Source: Octopus sinensis
Lineage: Eukaryota
Direction: 5' to 3'
DNA: 64,000 nt
Assembly (NCBI RefSeq): GCF_006345805.1
Contig: NC_043003.1
Coordinates: forward strand, 91,822,001-91,886,000
Part shown: piece by piece, positions 1 through 14,783 of the stretch
Layout: every line of letters begins with the position of its first letter
Position numbering within the stretch: the first letter of the stretch is position 1
The notes under the pieces: model-generated
What the model saw: only the letters and a program-made list of their open reading frames with translations
Databases searched by the model: none
Told to the model about the DNA's origin: nothing
Translations under genes and position numbers: made by a program

Positions 1-613
1 AAATAATGGTGATGATGATAATGCTGCTTTTAATGTATCTTGAAATGGTGTCAGGTCATTGAGGGTGGTGAATATTCATGCTTAATCTCTAGAGGTGAAT
101 AACATCACCAGAACTTTATACAGGTTTATCAAAATAGCTTGTGGATCTGGCATACTAGCTATTTGACACTTTGCCAGTAATATTACAAGACTGTTGACAC
201 AAACTGCTGACAATTTCTGATTCTACCGATTTTCACAGGTGTTGATTCTTTATTCTTAAAGTTTGAGATATTACGTGGAGTTTAATGAGTTCAATGTTTT
301 AATAAAAAATTGGCTCCTAATTTATTTTTGATTCTTTTTTGCCACTGATATTTTGTGAATTTTTAGTTGTTTTAGATTATATTTTGATTGGTTATTTTCC
401 CCATTGCCTCCAAGTGGTCTATTTGTTCATAGAAATATACTTTTAAGTTAAATTCAAACTCAAAATTTTTATTCCTAAATCATTGCTGCAGAATTCAGAT
501 ATTGAAGCTAAGCATGTTGAAACCAAACCTTGCACTAAAATAAAAGTTCATTTGAATCAGCTATCAATTGCATGTTTGAGTCCATGTGCTCAGGTGTGTA
601 TGTTTCTTTATAC

Positions 614-892
614 CAGCAGTTCCCAAAGTGAGCAGTACTCCTCCCACCCCTATGTGTGGTGAAAAAATCTGGGTGGGGTGGGGGTTCATTGAAGAAAAGA
701 GGGGTTATTATGGGATGGCTAAAAGGGGACGGGGGCGATGGATGAAAGAACAACAAATTAATGGGTTACGTTAAATTTATTTGTGAAATGCAGTTGTTTT
801 GAATTTGCTGCAGAAAGTGGTCTATGTTTGTGGTAGTGAATGTGGAGAGTGGGTGCTAGGAGGCAGCAACCTGCAAAAGTGTGCTCACCACT
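614..892. mobile_element. Possible decayed hAT-type MITE
   Basis: Starts cagcagttcccaaagtg (Charlie-like end); the other end (aaagtgtgctcaccact) matches poorly. Confidence 0.3.
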
Positions 893-2014
893 TTTTTTAT
901 ATCATCATCATTTAACATCTACTTTTCTATACTTGCATTGGTTAAATTGAGTTTGTTGAAACAAAATTTCTATGGCAGGATGCCGTTATTGTTGCAGAAC
1001 TTCACTAGTTTCCAAGCAAGGGTAATATTCCCCCTATGCTCAGATATAGTTTTTACAGATGACTGGAAATGAACATTACCTATATGATGGTGAGGTTTGT
1101 TTTCAATCATAACATGTCAAGACAAGATTAAACAAATGGGCGCATGTACACACACACACACATATGGAGGCTTCTTTCAGTTTCTATCAAATTCACAAAT
1201 TCACTCAAAAGGCTTTGATCAGCTCAGAGTTATAGATGACACTTTTTAAAGTCCTGCACAGTGGGACTGAACCCAAGATCACATGGTTGGAAAGGAAGCC
1301 GTTTCTGTGCCTATCATGAAAAAAAGATTGGTTGAATTATTGCTGATTTAAGAGCCACAGATATTGAAAACTCATTGCTTTACAAACAACATCAATTATA
1401 CAATTGTCAAGAGGAGACTCTAACCACACACATGTGTGTGTTTGTGTGCATGCATGTGTGTATGTACCAATATGCATACGTATGTTTGTGTATTTGAAAA
1501 TAAGTTTCTTAGATTAAAAATTATTATATAAAAAGAATCTCTAAAGAAAAGCTAATTAATGTAAACGTGATGGAAGTATTTGTGTAAGAGCCTAACACTA
1601 TTTTCAGCTTTTTAAACATATATCTGTCTGTGTCATAGAACCACAAACAGTCTTAGAGAGGTTGGTATCAAAAAGATTAAATATCATAGCTTCTTATTTT
1701 TCAGTAAGTGATCTCAATTCATTAAAAATGATTACAACACCTTTAACTCTTAATAAATATTTATTCAAGGAGCCACCTTACAGTTAGATTTTTTTTCTCT
1801 TTTACTCATGAGGGAAAGCAATCCTCATGACCCATTTCAGGACTTCCAATTTGGTGAGGGAAGGGGGAAGGCATCCTCAAATCAAGAGCCTGGCCTGAAT
1901 GCTTACAAAAGAATGAACTCTGCTAAAGACGATTAAGGTGCCAGTTGGTGGTGTTGTGCTATGTGATGTATTGAGCTGTCTACCACCCAAGAAAAATACC
2001 TTGTAAGTGATGGG

Positions 2015-2545
2015 GGAGAGGAGGGACATGATGTTAGCGTGCATGTGTAACAGAGCATTGGTGTATTGAGAAAAAAGTTGGGCATAAGAGAGATTAGATG
2101 CAACGTGCAAGAGAGGAGACTAAATTGGTTTGGTGATGTGGATGGATGAGGTTAGCTGCATAAAGAAGTGCTGATCACTTAAAGTAAAGGGAAGTTGTTG
2201 AATAGAGAGACTCAGGAGACATGGAATAAAGTATTGAAAGCCAGTCTCAAAACACTGGGCCTTACAAAGGAGATAAGACGACCAAGATAGGCGGTGCATT
2301 GCTCACCACAGAGTTGAGATCGTAAAACCAAGGTATCATGTAAAAAGCATTTGTGTGAGTGCTGGTGCCATGTAAAAGGCATCCAATGCACTCAGTAGAA
2401 TGATTGACATTAGGAAGGGCATCCAGCTGTAGAAACCCAGTCAAAACAGACGATGGAACCTGATGCAGGCCCTGGCTTTTCCAGTTCCTGTCAAGCTGTC
2501 CAATGCATGCCAGCATGGAAAATGGATGTTAAATGTTGTGGAGTG
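2015..2545 (+). mobile_element. 5'-truncated RTE LINE 3' end
   Basis: Degenerate translation LRKKLGIREIRCNVQERRLNWFGDV...SCIKKC*SLKVKG...TWNKVLKASLKTLGLTKE (RTE C-terminus), followed by the ggaagggcatccagctgtagaaac tail. Confidence 0.75.
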
Positions 2546-3800
2546 ATTCTAAGTGAATTCAGTTTGTAACCTGATTTTAATTTGTAAGAAGCCATAAATG
2601 TTTTTGGAGACAGGGGTGGACGGGGTGTGTGGGTGGTCAGTGTTGCATGACATTAAGTTTTGGTGAGCTGAGACTTCAACCTTAATCTGATTTTGAGTTC
2701 CAGTTGGAACCATTTTAGGAATGGTGGTTATGCATTGTTTTTGACCATATGAGACCCATTTGTATGACACTGGCACACCTGATGCCCCTCAAAAAATGTA
2801 CAAGTTTTTATTAGTGGAAACATTAGGTTATATATCTTTGATAACCTAGAATATTCTGTCTTATCTTCATGGAAACTAATAAGATCAGAAACTCTCATTT
2901 CTCTTAACAATCTCAGATATGTTTAAGCAGTAGTAGTCATAATAATGATGATTAAAATCATCAGCATTAAAAGCCCTATTACCATCATCTTCTTGATCTT
3001 CATTTTTTATTTATTTTTATTATTATGAAGAAGTATTTTTGAATTGAAGGAAGTCTTTAAGAGAAATAGGAAATTCTTAAGTATTTAATCATTTGCAAGA
3101 TATTTAATTGATATTAATTTTCTGAAAATGATTACCAGCATATATTTTTTCCCCATAAATGATGTCAGAATTTTGATAGAAGATATTTAATCTACATAAC
3201 TCACCATAATTATAATTATAATTATGTCTGTCTGTCTCTTTATGTAAATGTTGTGTGTGCATATGTTTACTTGTGTCCTGGATAAATTTCTTGTTGCAGT
3301 AGTATTATTATTTCCTTCTGTAACTGGTTTGGATAATTTAAATGACAAGGATGATAGTTAATTGAATTAAACTCCAGTTTATTAACAACTCATTGAGAAC
3401 TGACACTTATCAACAATATATTAAATGCAGTTCTTTTTTTTATTCTTTCATGGAAGCTTGTATTCTTTGACTTGACTTCTGGTCATGTTAATGAATTTTC
3501 ACCCATGTGATCAGTTTTATAGATCTTACTCTTGTTTTTTTTTTTTTTTCATTATTTGATACACACTACTCTGCTGTGTCCACTCAAATCATTGACATCT
3601 TCAATAATTAAATATTCATTATTATATGGACCATATTTAAGTAGCTATAATAATGTAGGCCAAATTGCTGAAATGCCACCTACAGGGAAAGCGATGAGGG
3701 AGTATGAAAATGTTAATTAAAAATAATTAAATGGTGAGGAATAAACAATATTGAATGGTGACTAATATAATTTTAATTATTTCAATGAGTATGGGGGCAA

Positions 3801-3842
3801 CTCCAGACATGTTTCAGTTGTGTTATGACCTCATATGCAAAG
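3801..3842 (-). ncRNA. Old hammerhead relic
   Basis: CUUUG|CAUAUGA|GGU-9nt-ACU|GAA|ACAUGU|C|UGGAG; two core mismatches and a wobble-rich stem I. Confidence 0.3.
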
Positions 3843-6800
3843 CATGCATTTTACTGTACGGGGAAATTTCTCTTGTTAAAATTAAATAATTTAAATTATG
3901 TAGGTCAATAAATAATTTAAATTATGTAGTCAATGAATAATTTTGATTTATTTTCTCATTGCATGTAATTATTTATAGTTAACTTTTTAACACTCCCTGC
4001 ATGAAATATAATAACACTAAATTAAGTAATGTAGACTAAAATTGACTGTACTGGACAAAACTACTAAATTATACTACACTGAATATAAGAGATCGTCTGG
4101 TCTAGACTGAATATAAAACTGTAGACTACAAACTAGACTGTTCTTGACTGGCATACTTATGAAAAATGTTTGGCTTTTTGTTGTGTAAATTTAATTCTGT
4201 GGAACTGTTAAACTATTGTTTCATGTATTAATAGATTGCCAAAGTTTTAAAAATTAGTGAAGAAAAACACTGAAAGGTTTTTGTTGATGAAGAAAGCAAA
4301 CATTTTTAAGTGATAACAAAACATTCTTTGACTATCCCTCTGTCTCTATCAATTTGCCTTTCTATTAATGCCTGTCAGCTTGTCACTGAGTGTGTGTGTG
4401 TGAGTCTATATGTATGAGTGTATATGTCTATATTTTTGCACATAAAAACATTGGTGCACATTGTTATATATACAAGTAGATTTATGCCTAGATATTATAT
4501 GTAGATAAATGTTTTGCTGGTAAAAAATTCAGGTGGCTTCCCATAGTATACAAATAATTCAATTCGATATGGAGAATGTTTTTCGTCTTGCCCTGAAGGA
4601 ATTTCTGATGTGTAATTGATAATTACAAGAAACTATAGCATCAGTGAGAGTATTAAAACCAAAGTCTTGTGTACTTCCATTGTTGTACACACATAAACAC
4701 ACACAAAAAAACATATATTCATATGGGTCAGCATGAGAGACACTGCATAGTGGCTCAGTCAGCTACAGACAGTAGCCATATCTCCCTTGAACCACACCCT
4801 ACTGTCTTAATGGATAATGTGATCTGGACATATACACTGTTTTAGAGGAAAGAAAAAAAAAAGGCAAGAATGTCTTCGTTTTGATACTATCTCTGTATCT
4901 TGGAGATCTGTGTTTTTGTTTAATCAACTGTGTTACTCAGAGATGAACATGATATTTGTTGTCTACTGTTGATCTGACATTGTTGAGCAGATCTACAATT
5001 AAAGATATTCCTGGCACGACCATCTTGACTTTCATTCAAACATCTTCTTTCACGGACTGAATTATCCAATATGTCTTCCATTTTTCTTTTTTCTTGTTTT
5101 AATAGGTTGTGAGTTGAGCAAGATTTGGTTGCTAATTTCAGCAGATTAAATGACCATGTCTAGGTTCTCTTTTTGTTTCACAGTGAACATGGTTATTTAA
5201 TTGAGTTATAATTAGTGATATCGTTAATGTGAATCGACTGAAATTTGCTGTTAGGATTTTACATTCTTCAATCATAATCATCACCACCATTATCATCATC
5301 ATCATCATCATTAACAGTGTAAATCAGCAATTTGCAAAGAAAACAAAACACAATCTAGACATGTATATTTGGGTGAGGTTTTCTGAGATATTCTTAATTC
5401 CGTTATCTGCAAATATGGAATTAAAATCTCAACTTATTTAATTAACTCAGAATGCAGTCTTGTGATAACAGTGAGGACGTTGGAAATGATAATGATGTTG
5501 AGTATGGTGGCAATGAGAAAAATGATTGCAATAACAGTGGCTAATCACATTCACCTGTGAGTTTTTTATATTTGTGAAACAAGGTCCTTTGAAAAAAAAA
5601 AAGGGTTATAGTTATTTAGTCACATTTTTCCATTTTAGATGTATCTCAGACCTCAAGAAAGAAGGAAGTAATATTGTTGATACTGCAATCATGCAGAAAC
5701 TAGCAAAGAAATTCTAGATCATCATCATTATCACCATTGTTGTAATGTCTATTTTTCCATATGATAGTGACACTTGTTTATAATTATCATATAATATCAA
5801 TACAAAGAGGTACACACACATACACACATGACAGGCTTCTTTCAGTTTCTGTCTGCCAAATCCATTCAAAAGGATTTACTTAGTCCTGAACTATAGAAGA
5901 CACTAGCCCTAGGTTCCATATGGCTGGGAAGCAAACATTTTTAGACAGCTCTGCCTAAATCTTAGGATAGACAGATCTTCAAAGACAAAAGGTTTAGTTT
6001 GTACAAAAGGAGTAGATAAGTAGCTCAGAATTCTATATCATGTACCTGATATTCATTCAGAGAATTATTACACCTGCTGGCAACAAAGGGATTCACTCAC
6101 ACTCCAGGTGAAGAGCAGACTATGCTGCTTGTGTATGATATGTAATGTTGCAGGGTGGCAAAACATGGGTGTCAAATGTAGAGAGTGTGTGAAGGGTGGA
6201 AAGAAATGCTGTGACTTATTCTGAATATTTAATCTCAGTTTGTTTGAATGACAAAACGCAACTGTACTGAAAGTCTAAGAAAAATTAGATGTAATGTGTA
6301 TAAGAGAGAAGACCAATGAAAGACAGTAGTGAGATCTGATTTCAATGAGAAATGACAAAGAACTATAATACATTCTGAGATGCTGTATTAGAGAAGACCC
6401 ACTCAGTCCATGCAAACATGGAAAAATGGGATGTAAGCTGATGATGAAAAGTGATAGATCATCATCATCATTTAACGTCCATTTTCCATGCTAGCATGGG
6501 TGGGATGGTACCAAAAGAGCTGGCCAGGCCAAAGGTTGCACCAGACTTCTGTGATTGTTTTGGCGGGATTTTTACAGCTGGAGACCCTTCCCAACACTAC
6601 ACACTCGGCAGAGTGGTCTTAGTGCTTTTTACACGGTACAAGCACAGGTGAGGATATGTGTGTGTAAATACTTAAAAATAAACGTTATTAAATGCATAAA
6701 AAACAAAGAACATTGACTGAATAAATGGTCTAATGCCCAATGCAAGAGCTGTGTCTAAATGTGTGTGTGTAAAAACGCACACAAAAGCAGCAGCTCCTGG

Positions 6801-8300
6801 TTGATCACTGAAGTTAAACAAAACTGAAGCCTAGTAAGTACTTAAATGGATAACCACTGGGGAAATGTAGGTGCTGTAAGCATCACTGAGATACTGGCAT
6901 GGATACGTGTTAAAAGAAATTCCTTTCCTAACCACATGGTTTTGGGTTCAGTCCTATTGCATGGCACCTTGGGCAAGTGTCTTCTACTATGCTTCAAGCC
7001 AACTAAAACCTTGTGAGAGGCATTGGTAGACAAAAACTGAAAGAGATTCATTGTACTTGAGTGTACATATGTATGTTTGTGTATATGTGTATTTCCTGTC
7101 ATCCACGAAAAATACGTGTCTGGCCATGGAGAAATATTACCTTGTTTGGAAACAGGTGAGGATTGGCAACAGGAAGGGCATCTATCCATAAGAACTCTAC
7201 CTCAACAAATTCCATCTGATTCAGGCAAGCATGGAAGAGAAGCCATTAATGGTGATGGAAATTATATATGTATGTATGCTTATAGGCACAGTTATGCTTA
7301 TGTAATAACGCAGTTGTTTCACAATTATATGGTTAAAAAAATCAATCCTTTTTGGATTATCTTGCATTGACTGAAGCTGTATGAGTGTAATTCAGTAGAT
7401 AGAAACTACACAGAAGCCCATTATTTATGCATGCACATGTATTAGTGAGTAGTGACCAAGCAAAAATAAACCTTGTGGTATTATTATTAATAATCTCCCT
7501 TTATGCCAAAAGCTCAAAACAAAGGATTGGTTCAATATAACTGATAAAAATCCTTGAAGGTGGAGTTTAAGCTTGTCTGCAGTCACTAAGGTGCTAGAAA
7601 GGTGAACCAGCTGTAAATGAGCTATTCCAATAATACATTTAATAGAAGGATTCACATAAACTCTCCATTTTATACACCTTCTTTATATTTTGATGCATAG
7701 ATTTATAAATTTTCATAGCACTGTTTCATTGTTTCAGTTATCATCATTTCATGCAATGATTAAGCATATTAAAAGTATAACACCCAAACATATGACAAAC
7801 AACATGGTAATATCTTTGCAAAAGCTTCCAACTCAATGCTGACGTGAAAAATATAGGCTTAAAACTGTTAAACAGTCTTGTGTACATATGTACACACACA
7901 CATGTATGTGAAGGAAATATATACAACCGAACGTAAGGAGTTGGTGACAAATGTCTCATTTTGTATGCCACACGGTCGCACCTAACATAATAAGAAGCCA
8001 AATGCATGATATAAAATACAGTGCCAAAGTTATAAATAATGACAACAAACCGTTCTACTGTTTGAGAGAGAAGAAGACTTTATTCACAATGTGTACAGAG
8101 AGAGAGAGAGAGAGAGTGTGTGTGATTGCTAGCAAAGTGTTGTGTCTGAATGTGTGCGACAGAAAGTACTGACAAGGGTGTATGCATATACAACAGAAAT
8201 ACAGAATACAGAGCATACGATAAGTCTCAGCATATTGAGTTAAGATGGAGTTAGTTTACCAGTTCATGAGGTACACAATAGTAAGAGTTCTATAACAAGA

Positions 8301-8876
8301 TGTTGTGGGTCACATGGCAGAGCCGGCTACTACCCGTGTAGAAGTTGTGGCTATCATGCCGTGCCGAGTCCCTTGATATAGTAAGTTCTTTCAGATAGAC
8401 TGACTGTTTCTTCTCGGTGAAAGATTCACACAAACAGCGTGAAGTAAACCTGGTCATTGTTGATGTGTACATATTACTGAAGTCGACGGAGATGGAGACG
8501 ACATAGAGTTGAAGGACAACATTGGTGATGACGGCAGCGGAGATGGAGAACGTCCTACGTTGCGGGTGTACATTAGCGTCGTAGTGGCTGAAGCAGGAGC
8601 ATGGCTGGCAGGCTGGTCGTCTGTTGCTGGAACTGGAACATGGCTGAGTAGCCCTGTGGTCAGTGACTAGACCTTAAAAGGTCTGAAGTCGAAAGACGTA
8701 GAATAGTGAAAGCTGGGCTATTTAAAGGGTTAAAATGGCTCAAAATAGGGCATCTGAAACACAGTGTCAGGAGACCTTATCTGAAGGCTGTGATTGGTTG
8801 GCTTACACACTGGTGCGAAATAAGTAGGGAGACAAACTGCGCCAGATGCCAACCAATCAGAGCAGTGGACACAACA
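8301..8876 (-). mobile_element. Candidate solo LTR (576 bp)
   Basis: TGTTGTG...CACAACA termini; higher GC and CpG than flanks; minus strand has ATTGG and CCAAT boxes and TTTAAATAG. No target-site duplication or AATAAA seen. Confidence 0.45.
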
Positions 8877-11854
8877 GGTTCAAACTAGCCAAAGATGGTT
8901 GTAATCTCAAATGAGATCATTCCTAATGTGTCTCTCAAACAGTGAGGATATCAGATATGTTACATATGTATATATATATATGTACATACACACACACACT
9001 CACACATATACATAGTTTATAATTTCCCCACATACATCATGAGCTGTAGAAAACATAATAAAAAACACAATTCCTTTTGTATTTTAATCAATCAAATCAT
9101 TCCAAAACACATAAATACATACTGGTTTCACCTCTAAAATGAGTCAATGATTGTAATCGAATATGATTAAAATAAGAACAGTTTAGTGTTACAGTCTTGA
9201 TAGTAGTTCTGAGTTCAAATTCTGTGAAAGTTGGCTTATTTTATCAATAGTAAAATAGTTACAATTAGTAGCTTACCCTTAAAACTTATGCAATTCTTGG
9301 CATGTTGATTTTTGAAGATTGACTAGAACAGTTGTGGAATTTAAGGTTTGGGGTTTCAGAGAGGGATGATGGATAGCTTTGATTTCTTGCCAATAGAATT
9401 AATAGATTTCCAAAGTGTTGATTTATTTGTAGAGCAGAGATCTTTCTTAAATATTCTACTTCAATTGATGATAATAATGATGTGTATGATAGTCGAAAGT
9501 ACAGTAATTTTGATTCTAAATATATTTTCTTCAAAATATTTGCATATGTGCAGGAAAGAAAGTCTGTTAGATTATGCCAGGTGTATGAATTTCTGGTAAA
9601 AGCATTCAGATACCAGACGCAATTACTATTACAAATGTTGGCTTCACTCTCATCTTTTTAAATTACTTTCCTGCATTATGGTTTCATTGTGTGAGGTGTG
9701 CTGAATGGAAAGGCTTAAAAAAGAAGAATGGTTGCCAAAATAAATAAATAATACATGAAAATGACCCAACAAGGTTTGCTGATTATTTCTGGCCAAAAAC
9801 AGGAAATATTGCTGCTGATTTATATAGATCTTTGGTTCAAAAACAATTGTTCTTTTTTTTTTGTTTTGTTTTGATACTTTATTAATTATGACTATTTAAT
9901 CATGAAATGTGAATAAACTTATTGTTAAATGTCTAAGTAATTAAGATGAGTTGTTAATAAGATTATAATTTTTCAGATTATGAACTACATCTTCAGATAT
10001 AATTTTTTAAAAAAGTATTTACATCTACACTATATTTTGATTAGTTTGGTTTCTGACTCATCAAGTGGTGTCTTATTTTTGGATGTGTACAAAGCATATG
10101 ACTAGATTTAAACTAGAAGCATTTTATGTATAAAATATTGTTCTTGTACGCTTATGGTCAACTCTACATGATGTAGCTAGTCAAATCAATTGAATAGTAG
10201 TGTTAGAGCAGACTTATGATCAAACAAATTCCAGTCATTCTTCAGGCTGACCAGAGCCTTGTGACTGGATATGGTAGATAAAAACTGAAAAAAGCCCATC
10301 TTATATGTATGCATGTATGTTTGTGTGTGTGTGTTTCTTTGTCTTGACATTGCATAGTAGTTGTAAATGAATCTCACTGACATACAAGCTGCTGGGTCAT
10401 GCATTTCTAAAATTCTGAGAAAATATATCTGGTCATGGGGAAATATTACCTTGCTTGGAAACAGGAAAGAGTTGGTGATAGGAAGGGCATTCAGCTGCAG
10501 AGAATCTGCCTCAATAAACTCTGTTTGACCCATGCAAGCATGGAAAAGTGGTTGTTAAAACAATGATGACGTGGTTGGGCACCTATGTTCTTAGATTGGC
10601 TCAATCAGAACTGACTCAATGCTAATAATAACAGATGAAATGCTATTGCTGATTATAGAGATGTCTTAAATTTCCTGTGTAGCAAATCTATCTTGTATTC
10701 ATATAAAAGGTAAAGTTTCTGGTCAGCTGAGTTTTTGACTTGGTTTCAGCCCAACCCATCTTTACTTATTTCATAAAGACATGGATATCACAATTCTATC
10801 TCTTAGATTTAAACCTAGCTGAGGTCAACAGCAAACTGTCAATTCACATAACTTCTCCCAAGTTATGATATTCATAACAAGCTTCTCCCAAAACAGCTAG
10901 TCTTTTAGGTGCACGGCTTTGAAAAATTTTAGTTTGTCTTGACTCCCAGTTCATATGTCAATTAAATTTTTAACCTCTACTGAATTACTAAGTCTTTTTT
11001 TTTTAGTAAAGGGACATAAATTCAACGACTTATACACTATCACCATTGTTTTTATTCCTCTTTTCCTTGCTTGCAAGGTCAAGCACAATATTTTGAGGTA
11101 CACTTTCTATTGCGAGGTACTCTTCCTGCTGCCAGCTATCGTCTATTTTCAAGTAAGGTAAAAATACACCAATTTTATGATGGTGACACTCTTTTACAAT
11201 TATTACATGAAGTCAAGAAAAGGACTTACACACACACACACATTTATAATGCATATACATATATATATATATATATATGATGGGCTTCTTTCAGTTTCTG
11301 TCTACCAAATCCATTTGTATGGTTTTGGTTGGTCTTGAGCTATAGTAAAAGACATTTGTCCAATTCACCATTTTGTGGGAACTATCTAGTGTGGGAGTGA
11401 ACTTTATAGCATCACAGTTATGCCTGTACTTCTCTCTCTCTCTCTACACACACACACGAGTTTCTGTATAGTTTCCATGTACCAAATTTCATTCTTTCAC
11501 AAATTTCATACTTAACCTGAGGCTCCAGTAAAAAATACCAGCCCCAAATGATGTGTGATGGGATTCATCTCAGGTCTATGTGATTGCAAAGCAAACTTCT
11601 TAACCATATGAATATATCAGCAGCTATGTTTAAAAAAATAACAATAATAATAATAATAGTGGCTATTGCAAGATTTGAACTGGTGATTACTATTGGCAAA
11701 ACCAATTCTTTGCGCTGACTTGACCTAAATTTCATTGTTTCATCTTCGACACTAAATACATTTTCTATTTTCTGAGCCTTATCTGTTTAGCTTGTGACTC
11801 ATATTTTTATCAGTTTGGACTGATAAATTGGATGAAATAATTAATAAATTCCCA

Positions 11855-11855
<1 letters not shown>

Positions 11856-11933
<78 letters not shown>

Positions 11934-11965
11934 TTTCTTTCTTTCTTTCTCCCTCTTTCTTTCTT
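11856..11965. repeat. (CTTT)n microsatellite
   Basis: Direct inspection. Confidence 0.95.
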
Positions 11966-12629
11966 TCTCACACATACACTTTATTTGGTCCCCTGTCCCC
12001 ACCTCTCAGACATACACTTATTTCATTCCCCTTTTCCTTCCTGCACTCCCTCTTTCTACTAGCATATGACTTATTCTCCACTGTAGGCAAAAACTGATGA
12101 ATTGAATATGATGAATAATAGTCAATACATGAAATGACAGATCTACACACACAAAAAAAGAAGAAAATAAACAAACATACAAAATAAAACCACAGCTATT
12201 ATGCCAAGAGATTACCAAATCTACTGGTTTATGTGTTTCTAAACCAGTTTCATATAAAATGAAGATAGCCTTACTTTTTGCTCCAGCTAGTAGGGATGCT
12301 TGTATAGCTAGTAGTGATGGTGCCGATGTTAGAAATAGTCATAATAGGACTATAATAAAAATATGAAGAACTTGCATTTTCATTACATTGTGAATTATTA
12401 TCATTATTACTGATATTCTTCTTAATATTTTATTTTAATTTTTTATAGTTGTGTATTACAAATCTCTTCTGCTATTTGATATCTGAGGTTTTGATATTCA
12501 TTGTGAGATATATTCCAGTGAGTGAGAGAAAGGAGGAGGAGGAGGACACAGAAAGTGCACTGGTGCAGGACTGTGACTAAGAGAAGTGATCCTTGAGAGA
12601 AGGAGGTGACGGAAGAAGAGAGAAAGAAG

Positions 12630-12790
12630 ATGCATATGTGTGCATACATATGTGTATGAGTATATATATATGTATGTGCATGTGTGTATATGCTTACATG
12701 TGTGTGTGCATGCATATATATATATATATATGAATGTGTGTGTATGCAAATATGTGCATGAGTGTCTGTGCATTTATGTGTGTATGAATT

Positions 12791-12841
<51 letters not shown>

Positions 12842-12880
12842 GCATGTGTGTGTGTGTATGAGTGCGTATGTGTGAGTATT
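12630..12880. repeat. Mixed (TA)/(TG) microsatellite
   Basis: Direct inspection. Confidence 0.9.
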
Positions 12881-13189
12881 CACAAAAGCACTGTAAAAAA
12901 AATACCCAGGGATGCCTGCTGTCTGAAAACGTAATAGTAAAGTGACTGCTTGTATATATAGTTTAGAAGCCCTGAAATTTTAATCAAATAAATCAGATAT
13001 GAAAAATGCAGTGGTTACTAAAGCTAATCTTTTGGCTGCCTATAAGAAGCATCAGATATGCTAGTACCATCTTTATAAATATTCTACCTTTTTTTAAAAA
13101 ATACCCTGAGGGATCACATGTTATGAGAAATTATAAGTTGTGATGAAGTGAATTATCTACTTTGAACAAATAAACTTTATTACATGTTT

Positions 13190-13195
13190 TATGTA

Positions 13196-13252
<57 letters not shown>

Positions 13253-13783
13253 TAACATATAGATATATATATATATACTAACATATATATATATATATAT
13301 ATTACTAACATATATATATATAATATATACTAACATATATATATTATATATACTAACTATATATATATATATATATATATACTAACATATATTATATATA
13401 ATATATATACTAACATATATATATATATATATATATATACTAACAATATATATATATATATATATATATACAACATATATATATATATATATATATACTA
13501 ACATATATATAATATATACTAACATATATATATATATATACTAACATATAATATATATATATACTAACATATATATTATATATATATATACTAACATATA
13601 TATATATATATATATATACTAACATATATATATATAATATATATACTAACATATATATATATATATATATATACTAGCATACATATATATATATATTATA
13701 TATATATATATATGCATACATAAATATATATGTACATACACATATATATATATATATTATATATATATAATATATATATACTA

Positions 13784-13818
<35 letters not shown>

Positions 13819-14198
13819 GCATACATAAATATATATGTACATACACATATATATATATGCATACATAAATATATATGTACATACACATATATATATATGC
13901 ATACATAAATATATATGTACATACACATATATATATATGCATACATAAATATATATGTACATACACATATATATATATACACATATATATACATATACAT
14001 ATATTATATATACATATATATATATACACATATATATACACACACATATATATATATACACATATATATACATATACATATATATACATATATATACATA
14101 TATATATATACACATATATATACACACACATATATATATATACACATATATATACATATACATATATATATACATACATATATATATATACATATATA
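13190..14198. repeat. ~1-kb compound TA-based array with higher-order units
   Basis: (TA)n-CTAACA units to ~13680; four exact 40-bp units at 13811-13970; then (TA/CA) units. Confidence 0.95.
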
Positions 14199-14287
14199 GG
14201 GAGAGTTTACGATAAAACAAAAGACGAAGACAGGTGGTGTACAAAACAAACAGATGTATTAGTATAGCGCTCAGGAATAGAAAAAGT

Positions 14288-14323
14288 CTTTTACGTTTTG
14301 AGCCTACGCTCTTCTACAGAAAG
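14288..14323 (-). ncRNA. Hammerhead relic in a Penelope-like repeat end
   Basis: CUUU|CUGUAGA|A|GAGC-GUAG-GCUC|AAA|ACGU|A|AAAG: stems intact, core deviates (A6U, G12A, extra A). Confidence 0.5.
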
Positions 14324-14783
14324 GGACACAGAAAAAACAAGGAGAGAAACAATATGTATACATATATGCATATATATATGTATATATGTGTGTGTGTGTA
14401 TAAAAAATACAAACTGGGACAAGAACGCAAAGCATTTTGAAGACGATACAAAATATATATCATCTACTCCACATTTCGAAGGTAAGGACAACAAAAACAG
14501 GACAGTGAGAACAAGATAGTAAAAACAAACGGTGAGGGCTGTTAAGCCAAGACGATGTGAAAAATTATGAACACTAGAAAGACTTTGGTTTTTATCCATT
14601 TTGGATCTATTTAATTTGATGTACAGATTATTTATTTGATTCTTTTCAACTAAACACTTTGAAACTTCTGATATTGGTACAATGCATCACATACAACAGG
14701 GTTTACTCTTAACGTTTTTGACAAAATTTTGTATTTTAGAAGTTATTTCGTCACAAGTTAAGAGTGACAATGGACAAATTTGT

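Noticed and set aside
671-706. G-run cluster as a G-quadruplex
   Set aside because: The fourth G-run is about 16 nt away, within a decayed repeat; weak.
8752-8800. GAA-ACAC-A-GUGU-C hammerhead half inside the LTR-like block
   Set aside because: No correctly placed CUGANGA, and stems I and II do not close in any permutation.
10040-10075. Minus-strand UUGAUGAGUCAGAAAC
   Set aside because: No room for stem II and no stem III or I pairing.
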